Position numbers and translations under genes: made by a program | The notes under the pieces: model-generated | Told to the model about the DNA's origin: nothing | Database searches by the model: none | The model's input: the letters and a program-made list of their open reading frames with translations, nothing else | In this document: positions 63,461 through 64,000 of the stretch, piece after piece | Layout of the letters: each line of letters opens with the position of its first letter | Position numbering within the stretch: the first letter of the stretch is position 1 | NCBI GenBank assembly: GCA_051362555.1 | Contig: CM120640.1 | Location: 33,127,967 to 33,191,966 of the forward strand | Length of the DNA stretch: 64,000 bases | Direction: 5' to 3' | Source: Lingula anatina | Taxonomy: Eukaryota; Animalia; Brachiopoda

Positions 63461-64000
63461 GTAAGAAGAATGAAATAGTAAACAATATAATAGCTATACA
63501 ATATAAAAATTTGTAAATTAATTTTGCACCAACAAAAACTGGCAATATATTCCTACTTTAGTTCAAGCCCTGTTTCACAAATAAATTTAAATCCATGGTT
63601 ATAGTGGGGCAGTTATCCACCATAATTGTTCATTTTTGTGATAGAAGCATGAAACTTGGCCAGACTGCTTAAAATGCTGCTGACAGTAGTAATTTTGGAT
63701 ATAGAACCTGCACCTACTGACCCCATGGTACCCATTTTCCGATATGTTTGCCAGCAGCATATGTGCATGTGACAATTAAATTGGCAAATGTTTTCAGTAT
63801 TGTACGTAGATATGTTTGATTGGAACAGAAATGTTTCTGTGATACTGAAACACCCTCAATTCAATAATACCAGGTCATTATGCAGTATGGTTGCCAATCT
63901 AAGATGGTGTGTGGCCTTGTGGCTTCTTCCTGAAACACAACTTAGTCATGCATGATCTTTGTAATGTTAATAACAAAGTGTTAAATCCAGATACCTGACT

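Overview
AT-rich, intron-dense metazoan genomic DNA, most likely a mollusc or other lophotrochozoan (inferred from composition and repeat families, not proven). It is not prokaryotic. Spliced genes were reconstructed by hand. IQCH (-) has its 5' two-thirds here, head-to-head with a complete AAGAB (+). TIPIN (-) and a DENND4/Crag orthologue (-) are complete. ATR (-) shows only its 3' third (FAT end, PI3K-like kinase, FATC), and an unidentified + strand gene starts near 60.7 kb. The most unusual structure is a three-layer transposon nest in the probable first intron of TIPIN. The outer layer is a decayed YqaJ-nuclease/PHD ORF (ISL2EU-like). It is split by a 2.3-kb element with 88-bp TIRs and a 9-bp TSD carrying an intron-containing RecQ helicase fragment (AcademH-like), which itself holds a BEL/Pao 3' fragment and LTR. 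Two inverted copies of a Helitron-type element with 146-bp tandem units bracket about 56 kb, and ATR exons stop abruptly at the right-hand copy. Several MITEs with readable TIRs/TSDs, GC-AG introns and candidate microexons are present. IQCH-AAGAB-TIPIN-DENND4 mirrors the human 15q22-23 neighbourhood.
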